A stretch of 64,000 nt of DNA from an uncultured Candidatus Saccharibacteria bacterium (GCA_964520645.1 CAZFND010000003.1:881-64880); one strand, 5' to 3'; counted from the first letter of the stretch, positions 8,861 to 19,092 are shown. Translations and numbers: made by a program. Notes: generated by a model not told the origin, from the sequence alone.

Positions 8861-10024
8861 TTATTTCTTCTCCTTATCTACAAATGAGAGAGCCATCTTT
8901 TGTTCCTTTGGATCAAAGAGGGTGATCTTAAAGGTGTAGTTCTTTCCAAGTTCAAGCTTTGATCGAAGTTTTTCTTCTGAACCAAATTCTGAAACGTGTA
9001 CAAGACCTGCAATTCCTTCTTCGATAGATGCTAGAGCTCCATGCTTGTTGAATTTGATAACAACACCTTGAACCGTATCATCTTTCTTATATTTTGCAGA
9101 AGCTTCTTTCCAAGGATTTTCTTTGAGAGCCTTGATAGAAAGAGAAACTTTTCCTTCTTTGATTTCAATAATCTTTACATTGATCTTTTGACCAACTTTG
9201 AAGAGAAGTTTTGGATCTTCAACAAGTGACCAGTCGATTTCTGAGATGTGAACGAGTCCTTCAAGTCCTTCTTCAATCTTTACGAAGACACCGAAGTCTA
9301 CGATTCCTGTAATTTCACCTACAACTTCGTCGTTAATCTTGTATTTACCTATAATCTTTTCTTTATCTTTTTGTTCGAGATTCTTTTCTGAGAAAATGAG
9401 TTTTCCTTCTTTTGGAATAGCTGAAATAATAGAAACTGCAATTTTCTGTCCTACCAAGCGCTTGAGTTCTTCAAGAATTCGGTCTTTGTCACCATCAGCT
9501 ACTCGAGGGTAGTGTTCTGCCTTAAGCTGAGATGCAGGAAGGAATCCTTGAATACCTTGCCATGCGATGATAAGTCCACCTTTGTTTGCTTCTGTCACTG
9601 GAAGATCGAAGATCTTATGATCTCGGATAGCATCGAGAGCTTCACCCCAGATAAGCGCTTGTTTTGCTTCTTTAAGAGAAAGTTCTACATATCCATCCTT
9701 ATTGTTTGTATCAACAACTTTTGCTCCTACTTTGTCGCCAATTCCTATCTTTTTAATGATATCTCGAGCAGCAATAAATTCTCGGCCGTAAATAATACCA
9801 GTTCCGTATGGTGGAAGGTCGATAAAAATGGCACTCTTTTCAATGCCGATAACTGTTCCTTCTACTAAATCTCCTACTGTAGGAGGAGTAACACTATCGT
9901 TTAAAACCTTAGACATTAATGTCTCTTTCTTTGGTTTTAACTCTTTTTCTTGCTCAGATTTTGTATCTTCAGTGATATCTGAAGCAACAGGTTCTAAAAC
10001 TGCTGTTTTTGATTTTTTGTCCAT
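8861..10024 (-). CDS. rpsA: 30S ribosomal protein S1 (four S1 repeats)
   Basis: ANKGGL, GFLPASQL, FGVFVKI..GLEGLVHISEIDW, SLSIKALKENPW. Confidence 0.9.
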   Translation of the reverse strand: MDKKSKTAVLEPVASDITEDTKSEQEKELKPKKETLMSKVLNDSVTPPTVGDLVEGTVIGIEKSAIFIDLPPYGTGIIYGREFIAARDIIKKIGIGDKVGAKVVDTNNKDGYVELSLKEAKQALIWGEALDAIRDHKIFDLPVTEANKGGLIIAWQGIQGFLPASQLKAEHYPRVADGDKDRILEELKRLVGQKIAVSIISAIPKEGKLIFSEKNLEQKDKEKIIGKYKINDEVVGEITGIVDFGVFVKIEEGLEGLVHISEIDWSLVEDPKLLFKVGQKINVKIIEIKEGKVSLSIKALKENPWKEASAKYKKDDTVQGVVIKFNKHGALASIEEGIAGLVHVSEFGSEEKLRSKLELGKNYTFKITLFDPKEQKMALSFVDKEKK

Positions 10025-10109
10025 AAACGAAAAATGCAATAAGTTCTGAACAATCTGACAGGTCGGGGCGTTCAGGGCTACTTATTGGCTTACTATTAAT
10101 AATGACCGG

Positions 10110-10138
10110 AGTATAGCGTAAAAGTAGGGGGTTGTAAA
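10110..10138 (-). promoter_or_regulatory. sigma-70-type promoter of rpsA
   Basis: TTTACA-N17-TATACT on the minus strand. Confidence 0.6.
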
Positions 10139-10144
10139 GAACAC

Positions 10145-10236
10145 CCCGCCTCACCCCAACCCCTCTCCCTACCGTGAGAGGGGAATACGATCCTCTCCTG
10201 GTAAGGAGAGGATGCCCGCAGGGCAGGTGAGGCGGG
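10145..10236. repeat. Palindromic intergenic repeat (BoxC/REP-like), copy 1, two inverted units
   Basis: CCGCCTCACCCCAACCCCTCTCC..GAGAGGGG ... CCTCTCCTGGTAAGGAGAGGATGCCCGCAGGGCAGGTGAGGCGG; near-identical copies at 28611 and 42691. Confidence 0.85.
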
Positions 10237-10274
10237 ATTTTCTAAAAATTAGAAAGCTGCTATACTACACCCAT

Positions 10275-10904
10275 ATGGTTATTACATTTCACGGAAATCA
10301 GTTTTTCAAGATGACGTTTGGAGACACCGTATTAGCCTTCAATCCCATCTCAAAAGATTCAAAACTCAAGTCATCCCGCTTTGGTGCAGATGTTAGTTTA
10401 ATTAGTATTAATAATCCAGATTTTAATGGTAGTGATCAGCTTTCATTTGGAGAAAAACAGCCTTTTGTGATTTCTGGTCCCGGAGAATATGAAGTGAAAG
10501 GCGTATTTATCAAAGGATTTCCTTCTACATCTACATATGGAGGTGAGGCTCTCATTAATACGGTGTATACGCTTGCACTAGACAGCATAAATATCTGTTT
10601 CTTGGGAGCACTTGATTCAAAAGAAATCACTCCTGAAATCAAGGGAGCACTCGATGAAGTAGATATTCTATTTATTCCAATTGGAGGAAAAGGTACTCTT
10701 TCTGCTGCTGATGCATATAAATTGGCTGTTCAATTCGAACCCAAAATAATTATCCCTATAGGGTATGATGATGATAAAGATGCGCTTAAGACATTTTTGA
10801 AAGAAGGAGGAGGTGAGCAATCAAAGCCTGTTGATAAATTGACGCTTAAACGAAAAGATTTGGAAGGCAAAGAAGGTGAAATAGTTATATTAGCAGCTAG
10901 CTAA
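10275..10904 (+). CDS. MBL-fold (beta-lactamase-like) protein lacking the canonical His ligands
   Basis: ITFHGNQFFK, GPGEYEVKGVFI, VDILFIPIGG, EPKIIIP family motifs. Confidence 0.8.
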   Translation: MVITFHGNQFFKMTFGDTVLAFNPISKDSKLKSSRFGADVSLISINNPDFNGSDQLSFGEKQPFVISGPGEYEVKGVFIKGFPSTSTYGGEALINTVYTLALDSINICFLGALDSKEITPEIKGALDEVDILFIPIGGKGTLSAADAYKLAVQFEPKIIIPIGYDDDKDALKTFLKEGGGEQSKPVDKLTLKRKDLEGKEGEIVILAAS

Positions 10905-10910
10905 ACATAT

Positions 10911-11189
10911 ATGAGTACATTTGATTCATTTAAACAAGTTTCTGATACCAAGAAAAAGCAATATGCTTTTGCAATAAGTAGTGTCATTATGATTGGAGTT
11001 ATTGGTATTTGGGCAGGTACATTACCAGCTCGATTTGCACAACCTGCTGCAGTACAAGAAGCTCCAGCTGTGCAGCCAATATCAGAAGCGGCTGGGCGAG
11101 CACAAGTAGAAAGTATTTTAAATGGTTCATCAAATGGTGTACAAATTATAGATTCAACAACTACTGCTCCATTGAATGGAAGTTATTAA
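10911..11189 (+). CDS. Small single-TM hypothetical protein
   Basis: KKKQYAFAISSVIMIGVIGIW; sits between the MBL gene and gyrA. Confidence 0.65.
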   Translation: MSTFDSFKQVSDTKKKQYAFAISSVIMIGVIGIWAGTLPARFAQPAAVQEAPAVQPISEAAGRAQVESILNGSSNGVQIIDSTTTAPLNGSY

Positions 11190-11209
11190 TGATATAGGAT
11201 AATTCTCAT

Positions 11210-13678
11210 ATGGCTGAAAAAAACACCAAAAAATCGGCGGACATTGCTCCAGTACCACATATTAACGTTGTAGATCGAAGTATCTCGACAGAAATGCGCG
11301 AGTCTTTTATCGACTATGCCATGTCTGTTATTACAGATCGTGCGCTTCCTGACGTGCGAGACGGATTGAAACCGGTACACCGAAGAATTCTCTATGCTAT
11401 GCATGAGATGAATTTGACGGCATCTGCAAAGTTTCGAAAATCGGCTGCAGTAGTGGGAGAAGTGCTCGGTAACTATCACCCTCATGGTGATGTGGCTGTA
11501 TACGATTCTATGGTGAAGATGGCACAAGACTTTTCTATGCGCTATCCGCTTATTATGGGCCAAGGAAACTTTGGTTCTATTGATGGAGACTCAGCAGCGG
11601 CTATGCGATATACCGAAGCCAAGATGTCTCGTCCTGCAAGTGAATTGCTTCGAGATATTGAAAAGGATACGGTAGATTTTCGCCCTAATTACGATGGTAC
11701 CCGAAAGGAGCCATCAGTGTTACCTGCAGCTGTTCCCAATTTATTACTCAATGGAACTCTTGGTATTGCTGTAGGTATGGCAACAAACGTTCCTCCTCAC
11801 AATCTTGGAGAAATTGTAGATGCTACAGTTCATCTCGCAGAAAACAAAGATGCAACCAATGAAGATTTGATGGGCTTTATCAAAGGTCCAGATTTTCCTA
11901 CCGGAGGAGTTATGTATGGTGAAAAAGATATTCATCATGCATATGCAAATGGAAAGGGAGGTATTGTCGTACGAGGTGAAGCAGAAATAATCGAATCAAA
12001 GTCAGACAATTTTCAAATTATAATTACTTCTATTCCGTATCGAGTAAATAAGGCTGATCTTATTATGTCTATTGCTGATCTCGTTCGAGACAAAAAGCTC
12101 GAAGGAGTAAAAGGATTACGTGATGAATCATCAAAAGATATCCGTATTGTAATTGATTTAAAAAACGGTGTTCATCCACAAAAAGTTCTCAACTTTATAT
12201 ACAAGCACACACAGCTCGAAGAAACATTTCACTTAAACATTGTTGCGCTTGTAAATGGCGTACCACAAACCCTTCCACTCAAATCTATCCTTCAGGAATT
12301 TATTGCACACCGAATGGTGGTGGTGCGACGACGTACTGAATACGATCTTAAAAAAGCAGAAGAACGCGAGCACATTTTGATTGGTCTTAAGAAAGCACTC
12401 GATCATATCGATGAAATCATTGCGCTTATTAAACGATCAAAAGATACTCCAACTGCTCATGCCAATTTGATGAAGGAGTTTAAGTTTTCTGCGATTCAGG
12501 CAACTGCAATTTTGGAAATGAGATTGCAAAAGCTCGCCGGACTTGAACGAAAGAAGATTGAAGACGAACTCAAGGCGATTCAAGCACTTATCGAAGAGCT
12601 CAAATCTATTTTGGCTAGTCCAAAGAAGATGCTTACTATTATTAAAGATGAGCTTAAACTTATTAAAGAAAAGTACGGTGATGAACGAAAGACACGTCTT
12701 GTAAAAGGTGCAGTACAGACATTTTCTGAAGAAGATCTTGTTCCTGATGAAGAATCAGTACTTGTAATGACAGCAGGAGGTTATATTAAGCGTACTGATC
12801 CTGAAGAATATCGAAAGCAAAAGAGAGGTGGAGTAGGAGTTGTAGATCTTGATACTAAAGAAGAAGATTTTGTTACAGCACTTCTTACAACAAATACGCA
12901 TAGTGACTTGCTCTTCTTTACTGATAAAGGAAAAGCATATCAAATGAAGATGTATGAAATTCCAGAAGGACGTCGTGCTACTCGAGGAAAATCAATTATG
13001 AACTTCCTTGCACTCGAAGGCACTGAGAAGGTTACATCTATTATTGCAATGCCAAAGGCTGCAAAAGATAGTAGTTTGTCATTGCTTATGGTGACTCGCG
13101 ACGGAGTAGCTAAGAAAGTAGCTGCAGAAAGCTTCCACGATGTACGACGTTCTGGAATCATAGCTATCAAGCTTGCACCAAGTGATCAGCTTATCTCTGT
13201 ATCATTTGTAGATAAGGGAGACGATGCAATTGTTGTCACATCTGAGGGGCAATCTATTCGATTTAAAGAATCTGACGTTCGAGAAATGGGCCGTGGTGCT
13301 GCAGGAGTAACTGCAATACATTTAGGAAAAGGAGATAGTGTTATTTGTGCTGATATTGTGAAAAAAGATTTCAAAGATCCATCATTGCTTGTAGTAATGA
13401 AGAATGGTTATGGTAAAAAGACTGATTTGAAAGAGTACAAAGTTCAAAAACGAGGTGGATCAGGTATCAAGACTGCTCAAGTAACTGACAAAACAGGAAA
13501 TGTGATTGCTGCTAAGGTAGTAATAGAAGATGGCTCAGAGCTTGTTGCTATGTCTAAGAAGAGTCAGGTTATACGTGTAGATATTAATGAAGTTCCATCT
13601 CTTGGACGTCAAACTCAAGGTGTACGTATTATGAAACTTCGAGATGGTGATGCTATCGCTTCTGCGGTGTGTTTGTAA
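11210..13678 (+). CDS. gyrA: DNA gyrase subunit A
   Basis: [29 protein letters not shown], GyrA-box QKRGGVG and beta-pinwheel repeats. Confidence 0.99.
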   Translation: MAEKNTKKSADIAPVPHINVVDRSISTEMRESFIDYAMSVITDRALPDVRDGLKPVHRRILYAMHEMNLTASAKFRKSAAVVGEVLGNYHPHGDVAVYDSMVKMAQDFSMRYPLIMGQGNFGSIDGDSAAAMRYTEAKMSRPASELLRDIEKDTVDFRPNYDGTRKEPSVLPAAVPNLLLNGTLGIAVGMATNVPPHNLGEIVDATVHLAENKDATNEDLMGFIKGPDFPTGGVMYGEKDIHHAYANGKGGIVVRGEAEIIESKSDNFQIIITSIPYRVNKADLIMSIADLVRDKKLEGVKGLRDESSKDIRIVIDLKNGVHPQKVLNFIYKHTQLEETFHLNIVALVNGVPQTLPLKSILQEFIAHRMVVVRRRTEYDLKKAEEREHILIGLKKALDHIDEIIALIKRSKDTPTAHANLMKEFKFSAIQATAILEMRLQKLAGLERKKIEDELKAIQALIEELKSILASPKKMLTIIKDELKLIKEKYGDERKTRLVKGAVQTFSEEDLVPDEESVLVMTAGGYIKRTDPEEYRKQKRGGVGVVDLDTKEEDFVTALLTTNTHSDLLFFTDKGKAYQMKMYEIPEGRRATRGKSIMNFLALEGTEKVTSIIAMPKAAKDSSLSLLMVTRDGVAKKVAAESFHDVRRSGIIAIKLAPSDQLISVSFVDKGDDAIVVTSEGQSIRFKESDVREMGRGAAGVTAIHLGKGDSVICADIVKKDFKDPSLLVVMKNGYGKKTDLKEYKVQKRGGSGIKTAQVTDKTGNVIAAKVVIEDGSELVAMSKKSQVIRVDINEVPSLGRQTQGVRIMKLRDGDAIASAVCL

Positions 13679-13736
13679 AAAATTGTGTTGATAACTTTTG
13701 CTATTAGCATTTCTTCCAAACTGCTATACTAGAGCT

Positions 13737-14270
13737 ATGGCTTTTTCTGATCCAATAAAAAATTTAGAATCTCTCAGCTTGAGTGAAGGTGCTGTAGTTG
13801 CTGACCTTGGTGCGGGATCTGGTTTTTATACCGTTGCTGCAGCACAGCTTGTACAAGCTCATGGAAAAGTGTATGCAGTTGATGTTCAGCAAGACTTATT
13901 AAGTCGTCTTAAGAACACAGCACATGAAGCACGGCTCACTAATATTGAGTATGTGCATGGTAATGCAGAAAAAATAGGAGGAACACGTATACGCGATAAT
14001 TCAGTAGATGTTGTTTTGGCGTGCAATATATTCTTTCAAATAGAAGAAAAAGAAAATTTCTTAGCGGAGGCAAAAAGAATTCTCAAGCCGAGTGGTAGAA
14101 TATTGCTTGTAGATTGGGAAGATTCGTTTGGTGGAATGGGTCCACAACCGCAGCATGTGGTGGCACCTACAGAAGCACGAGAATATTTACAAAAAGCAGG
14201 ATTTACTAAGGTAAGTGATATTGATGCAGGAGAGCATCATTATGGCTTTATATATAGAAAACAATCATGA
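13737..14270 (+). CDS. Class I SAM-dependent methyltransferase
   Basis: VADLGAGSG, VYAVDVQ, RILKPSGRILLVDW. Confidence 0.9.
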   Translation: MAFSDPIKNLESLSLSEGAVVADLGAGSGFYTVAAAQLVQAHGKVYAVDVQQDLLSRLKNTAHEARLTNIEYVHGNAEKIGGTRIRDNSVDVVLACNIFFQIEEKENFLAEAKRILKPSGRILLVDWEDSFGGMGPQPQHVVAPTEAREYLQKAGFTKVSDIDAGEHHYGFIYRKQS

Positions 14271-15556
14271 AAGGAAGCAATTTTCAAATTATATTTTTAG
14301 GAGTATGTATATTTTTAGCAATTGCAGGACTTCTTTATTTTGCAGCATTTAAAGCATCTGACCAAAAATCAGCAATTTCAATTGTAATTTGGGGTACATT
14401 ACCTAATAGTTCTGTAAATGGATATATTACGCAGCTTACAAAAGATAATGAAGATTATAGTATTGCCTATGTTCAAAAACGTGCAGACACATTTGATCAG
14501 GCTTTCCTTGAAGCATTAGCTTCTGGTACTGGTCCTGATGCTCTTTTGGTGAGTCAGGATACATTGCTTAAGTATAGGAATAAGATTGTTACATTGCCAT
14601 ATTCAAGCTTGTCTAAACAAGCATTTAAAGACACCTATATTTCAGCAGCAGAAGTATATTTAAATTCAGCAGGAACATTGGCGCTTCCATTTTCGATAGA
14701 TCCATTAGTAATGTATTGGAATCGAGATTTGTTTACTAATGCTCAAATTGCATTACCTCCTAAGACATGGGATGAATTTAATACCGTGGCACCTCAGATC
14801 ACTCAACGACAAGGGTTACTTAATATCACACAAAGTGCGGTAGGGTTGGGAGAATTTAGAAATATAACTCATGCCAAAGAAATCGTGAGTCTTCTTATGA
14901 TGCAGTCAGGAAATCCTATTGTAGTTGCAAATGATGCTGGATATTTTTCATCAGTAATAAGTAGTAATAAATCAACATCTGCTCTGACATTCTTTACTCA
15001 ATTTGCAAATCCAGACAAAGAAGCATATTCATGGAATCGTTCATTAGCTGAGTCAAAGAATTTATTTTTAGCTAATAAACTCGGTGTATATTTTGGATAT
15101 GCGAGCGAATTAGCAGAATTGAAAGCAAAAAATCCAAATCTTAATTTTAGTGTAGCAGTAGTTCCTCAATTAAAACCTACTACAAATGTCCCTCAAGTAA
15201 AAATGACCTACGGAGGCATGTATGGTCTTTCTATTGTACGAAATACAAAGAGTGTATCTGATACAGCAAAAGCTCTTATCTTTTTAACAAGCAAAGAGGG
15301 AAGTCCTATTTGGAATACAATTACTGGATTGCCTTCAGTAAGAAGAGATAGTGTTACAAGCCAAGGAAACAACGAAGCTTCTGGCGTCTTTGCAACATCT
15401 GCATTGTGGGCGCGAGCATGGCCAGATCCAAATGGTCCACTCACGAATAAAATCTTTCAAGACATGGTTGAAAATGTGACATCTGGTCGGCTTGATCCTG
15501 GTGGAGCAGTATCTCAAGCGCAAGGAGAAATTCAAAACGTGATCAATAAACAATAA
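14267..15556 (+). CDS. Extracellular solute-binding protein (family 1), membrane-anchored
   Basis: IVIWGT, ALASGTGPD, ALPFSIDPLVMYWNRDLF, PPKTWDEF. Confidence 0.88.
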   Translation: MKGSNFQIIFLGVCIFLAIAGLLYFAAFKASDQKSAISIVIWGTLPNSSVNGYITQLTKDNEDYSIAYVQKRADTFDQAFLEALASGTGPDALLVSQDTLLKYRNKIVTLPYSSLSKQAFKDTYISAAEVYLNSAGTLALPFSIDPLVMYWNRDLFTNAQIALPPKTWDEFNTVAPQITQRQGLLNITQSAVGLGEFRNITHAKEIVSLLMMQSGNPIVVANDAGYFSSVISSNKSTSALTFFTQFANPDKEAYSWNRSLAESKNLFLANKLGVYFGYASELAELKAKNPNLNFSVAVVPQLKPTTNVPQVKMTYGGMYGLSIVRNTKSVSDTAKALIFLTSKEGSPIWNTITGLPSVRRDSVTSQGNNEASGVFATSALWARAWPDPNGPLTNKIFQDMVENVTSGRLDPGGAVSQAQGEIQNVINKQ

Positions 15557-15557
15557 T

Positions 15558-15998
15558 ATGAAGAAAATTATTCTCGTCTTATTCCTAACCATATTTTCAG
15601 TACAGTTTTTGTTTCCTACTTTTGCACGTGCTAATGGTGGTGGCTTCTCATTAGGACTAGTACCTTGTGGTCAGGGAGATAGAATAGTGAATAATGTTGT
15701 GCAATCATCACCACCATGTGATTTGCAGCAATTTGTAATCATGATTAGAAATATCATTGATTTTCTTGGTTTTCTTTCCATACCTATAGCCACCATTGCC
15801 ATCACTGTAGCTGGATTTGTTCTTATATTTGCTCGAGGAAATGTAGAGCGAATTAAATATGCTAAGAATATTCTGATAAAAGTACTCATTGGATTTTTGA
15901 TTGTGCTGTGTGCATGGGGATTGGTATATCTCATTACGAGTACCTTACTTGATCCATGTGCACAATATCTTGGTACTCCAAGTGCTGCATGTAAATAG
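15558..15998 (+). CDS. TrbC/VirB2-like CPR pilin with Cys pairs
   Basis: Signal peptide, GLVPCG..PCDL, two TM helices around ARGNVERIKYAKNIL. Confidence 0.75.
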   Translation: MKKIILVLFLTIFSVQFLFPTFARANGGGFSLGLVPCGQGDRIVNNVVQSSPPCDLQQFVIMIRNIIDFLGFLSIPIATIAITVAGFVLIFARGNVERIKYAKNILIKVLIGFLIVLCAWGLVYLITSTLLDPCAQYLGTPSAACK

Positions 15999-16014
15999 TC
16001 ATCAATAAAAATAT

Positions 16015-16488
16015 ATGAAAAAAAATAGAATAATTATTATCACATTACTTTCACTCTGTATGTATACTGGATTTATTATAAGTAATGTTCAATTTGCTTA
16101 CGCGCAACTTGGTGGTACACAAGCAGGGCAAACAGGAGGAACTCAATCTGGTCAGACTGGAGGGACACAATCTGGACAAATAGGTGGTACACAAGCAGGA
16201 CAGCCTGGAGGAATATATACCGTTCCTAACCCTCTAAAAGGGCCTACAACCCTCCTTGGAGTGCTCGCGGTAGTATTGGATGTCGTAGTGCAAGTTGGAG
16301 CTGTTATAGCGGTTCTCTTTATTATTTGGTCAGGTTTCCTCTTTATCACTGCTCAGGGAAATCCAGAAAAAATAAGAATAGCAAAAAGTACTCTCTATAC
16401 CACACTCGTAGGAACAGCTTTGGTACTCGGATCAAGTGTAATTGCAAGTATTTTAGTAAATACAGTTAATAAAGTTACTAATAAATAA
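16015..16488 (+). CDS. TrbC/VirB2-like CPR pilin with N-terminal GGTQ(A/S)GQx repeats
   Basis: PNPL..T, IIWSGFLFITAQGNPEKIRIAK. Confidence 0.8.
   Translation: MKKNRIIIITLLSLCMYTGFIISNVQFAYAQLGGTQAGQTGGTQSGQTGGTQSGQIGGTQAGQPGGIYTVPNPLKGPTTLLGVLAVVLDVVVQVGAVIAVLFIIWSGFLFITAQGNPEKIRIAKSTLYTTLVGTALVLGSSVIASILVNTVNKVTNK
16111..16212 (+). repeat. Four 24-bp coding tandem repeats (GGTQ[A/S]GQx)
   Basis: ggtggtacacaagcagggcaaaca / ggaggaactcaatctggtcagact / ggagggacacaatctggacaaata / ggtggtacacaagcaggacagcct. Confidence 0.9.
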
Positions 16489-16492
16489 CTAC

Positions 16493-16870
16493 ATGAAAAA
16501 ATTAGGAATTATTATAAGTATAGCTGCTTTCCCGGGTATTATATATGCTGCTGATGTTACGGATTTATTGAGCTTGTTTAATTTTATGACGCAGCTCATC
16601 AATGCGTTTGTTCCACTATTATTTGGCCTTGCGATGCTTGCATTTTTATGGGGAATGGTGAAGTTTATTTACTATGCTGATGATCCAAAGCGTCGTGCCG
16701 ATGGGAAATATGTCATGATCTGGGGGGTCGTTGCTCTTGCCGTGATGATGTCTATGTGGGGATTGGCGCTTACGTTAAAAAATATGTTTTTCTCTAACTC
16801 TCCTGCACCAATAAATGTTTCTAACAATGGACATACTCAGTATGATGAGCCTATCGATAATAATTTATAG
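16493..16870 (+). CDS. TrbC/VirB2-like CPR pilin
   Basis: FLWGMVKFIYYADDPKRRADGKYVMIWGVVAL..WGL. Confidence 0.8.
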   Translation: MKKLGIIISIAAFPGIIYAADVTDLLSLFNFMTQLINAFVPLLFGLAMLAFLWGMVKFIYYADDPKRRADGKYVMIWGVVALAVMMSMWGLALTLKNMFFSNSPAPINVSNNGHTQYDEPIDNNL

Positions 16871-16991
16871 GCATAAGATATCCACATTCTTGTTGCAATT
16901 TTCTCATCAGTAGCTCATAATTTAGAAAGCTTTTTAGTTTTTGTATAAAAACAAAAAGGTCGTTAGTATTATTAGTTTATTTTTATTATAA

Positions 16992-17381
16992 ATGAAAAAA
17001 TTTTTAGTAGGTGCTTCATCAATAGCAGCACTTGCACTTCCAAGTCTTGCTTTTGCAAACTCAAACTCAATCAGTTTGAATCTTTCAGGTTTTCAAGGAT
17101 CAGTAGCAAGTCTTACTGATGCTGTAAACTCATTGGTTCCATTTGGTCTTGCTGTTGCTGTTATCGTATTTATTTACGGTATCATTCGATACATCATCGG
17201 AAAGGATGCTGGTGCACAGTCAGAAGCTCGAAGTTATATGATTTGGGGTGTTGTAGGTATTGCTGTTATCTTGGCAGTACTTGGACTTGCAAAGCTTCTT
17301 ACAAATCTTCTTGGAGTTCAGACAGGTTCAGGAGGTGTAGTTGGTAATGATCTTCCACAGGTTCCAAATAGTGCTAACTAA
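16992..17381 (+). CDS. TrbC/VirB2-like CPR pilin (possible major subunit)
   Basis: Signal LPSLAFA; FIYGIIRYII..EARSYMIWGVVGIAV; has its own ~120-nt upstream region. Confidence 0.8.
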   Translation: MKKFLVGASSIAALALPSLAFANSNSISLNLSGFQGSVASLTDAVNSLVPFGLAVAVIVFIYGIIRYIIGKDAGAQSEARSYMIWGVVGIAVILAVLGLAKLLTNLLGVQTGSGGVVGNDLPQVPNSAN

Positions 17382-17403
17382 GTATTTATAGTATTTACGC
17401 TTC

Positions 17404-17745
17404 ATGCAATTATTTGGCACTCTCTATACTCCTCTTAAAACATATGTCATTTTTCCAGCAATAGGAATACTGTTTGGAGTAGCGATGATTTATTTTTTGT
17501 GGGGGATGGTAGTCTTCATTTGGAGTTCTAGTAACGAAGAAGGACGACAAAAAGGGAAGGAGCACATGATGTATGGAGTTTTGGGACTAGCTATTATGTT
17601 GTCAGTGTATGGTATTATGAATTTTATTCTTGCTACCATACGAAGTATTGGACCGGGTCTGCATTACGATGCCAATGGTATTCGTCAGGATAGGCCGGTT
17701 GAAAATCCTTCCACATTAATGGATCTTGAAGGTTCCAATAAGTAA
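17404..17745 (+). CDS. TrbC/VirB2-like CPR pilin (no obvious signal peptide)
   Basis: YFLWGMVVFI..EEGRQKGKEHMMYGVLGLAIMLSVYGI. Confidence 0.78.
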   Translation: MQLFGTLYTPLKTYVIFPAIGILFGVAMIYFLWGMVVFIWSSSNEEGRQKGKEHMMYGVLGLAIMLSVYGIMNFILATIRSIGPGLHYDANGIRQDRPVENPSTLMDLEGSNK

Positions 17746-17753
17746 CTACAAAT

Positions 17754-17800
17754 AAACAAAAACTACGTAATACTTTCTGGTATAACGTAGTTTTTGTTTG
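17754..17800. terminator. Terminator of the pilin operon (potentially bidirectional)
   Basis: AAACAAAAACTACGT..ACGTAGTTTTTGTTT inverted repeat. Confidence 0.7.
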
Positions 17801-17814
17801 GGGAAATTAAGTAT

Positions 17815-17845
17815 GAAAAAAGCGGGACAACTATGTCGTCCCGCT
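17815..17845 (-). terminator. Intrinsic terminator of gene 17871-19037
   Basis: AGCGGGACGACATAGTTGTCCCGC-TTTTTT on the minus strand. Confidence 0.75.
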
Positions 17846-17870
17846 CTGGTTTAGCACGAAGTGCTGATGT

Positions 17871-19037
17871 TCAAATTCCTTTCGATCTTTCCGTGATGTC
17901 GTTGCGTTCCCAACGAATTCCTACACCCTTTTCAGGAGGCTCAACTGCCTGGAATCTCAATCCGTATATGACTCCGAGCGTTGTGCCCATATTCTCTGGC
18001 TCGCTTCCTGGCGGAAGTGGCCACAGAATTTGTTCAAATCGAGGCTTCCGAGTGAGGTTCTGGTTGTGGGTAGGACCATGGTCCACCTCGATAAGGATCC
18101 TACCTTTCGTAGGCAAATCCAAGAAGATGTTGTACAAATTTTCTTTCCCCCTGAAGTTGCCCTTGATTGGAGCTGACCATTGTCCCAATGGTACATCATG
18201 GTACTCATATCCTCCGTCTGCTGGATAGCAGAAGGGATGGAGTTTGTCGTACACCTGGGCCGCGGTCTGAGGTGTAGCTGGCGCCGGAGGATCAACTCCG
18301 ATGCTGAGCTTAGGCGCCTGCTTGGACGGTTGAGGTGTCTTTGCCTCAGCGATTCGCGCTTCGGCTTCTTTCTCTCTTGCCCTTGCTTCGGCAATTCGCA
18401 CAGCATCGGGTGATGCTGGCTGCTGCTTGGCTTTGACCAGAGCATGTTCCTTGGCGGCCAGCTTCTCCTTTTCCACCAGCTCTGCAATACGTGGAGCATA
18501 GTAGGTGTTGAAGTTGCCTAGGATAGTCACGATGTTGATCAGGATTGCTCCGGCACTCGTAGTTTTCCATAGTAGCAGCATCGCTTTTTGGACCCCGCTC
18601 ATTTTTGTCTTTTCATCTTTGCCTGGAGTCTGATCCTCCTTTTGGGCGATGGCAAACGGAATCGAAAAAACGATAATTCCGATTACCAGGAACCACCATT
18701 CATCGGTATATCGGTATACCGAAATAAAGTGGGTTGGAGTCAGAGACCTGATCGCAAACTCCACGAATATGAAGATGAAGCAGGCAACGAGCAGAATGAT
18801 GAGCTTGAGGCGGTGTTCAGTTGCTAGCCTACCCAAGCCTTTCTTTCCTGTGCTGTCTGAAGTTGAAGCAGTGTCATTTGCCTTCTGCTTGGTTTTGTCC
18901 CATTCAGGTTCTTGATGTCGTATGGTTTCTTGGATTTTTCCTATCACCCAAGAAATTAGTTTAACAAAAGCAACAATGCCACCGACGATCAGGACACATC
19001 CACATACGATGAGCGTAATCAAAACATTATCTGTCAT
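17871..19037 (-). CDS. Orphan multi-TM membrane protein with coiled coil and C-terminal soluble domain; GC-richer than its flanks
   Basis: 388-aa ORF, ~4 hydrophobic segments, AAGGAG SD, own promoter and terminator. Confidence 0.75.
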   Translation of the reverse strand: MTDNVLITLIVCGCVLIVGGIVAFVKLISWVIGKIQETIRHQEPEWDKTKQKANDTASTSDSTGKKGLGRLATEHRLKLIILLVACFIFIFVEFAIRSLTPTHFISVYRYTDEWWFLVIGIIVFSIPFAIAQKEDQTPGKDEKTKMSGVQKAMLLLWKTTSAGAILINIVTILGNFNTYYAPRIAELVEKEKLAAKEHALVKAKQQPASPDAVRIAEARAREKEAEARIAEAKTPQPSKQAPKLSIGVDPPAPATPQTAAQVYDKLHPFCYPADGGYEYHDVPLGQWSAPIKGNFRGKENLYNIFLDLPTKGRILIEVDHGPTHNQNLTRKPRFEQILWPLPPGSEPENMGTTLGVIYGLRFQAVEPPEKGVGIRWERNDITERSKGI

Positions 19038-19092
19038 GCGAACTCCTTAAGGTAAGGTGTGTTTAAATCGAAATTAACAAAGAACTTTATTG

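Noticed and set aside
16111-16212. 24-bp periodic repeats as a possible CRISPR array
   Set aside because: Units are contiguous with no spacers, vary at synonymous positions and lie in frame in a pilin gene; no cas genes in the window
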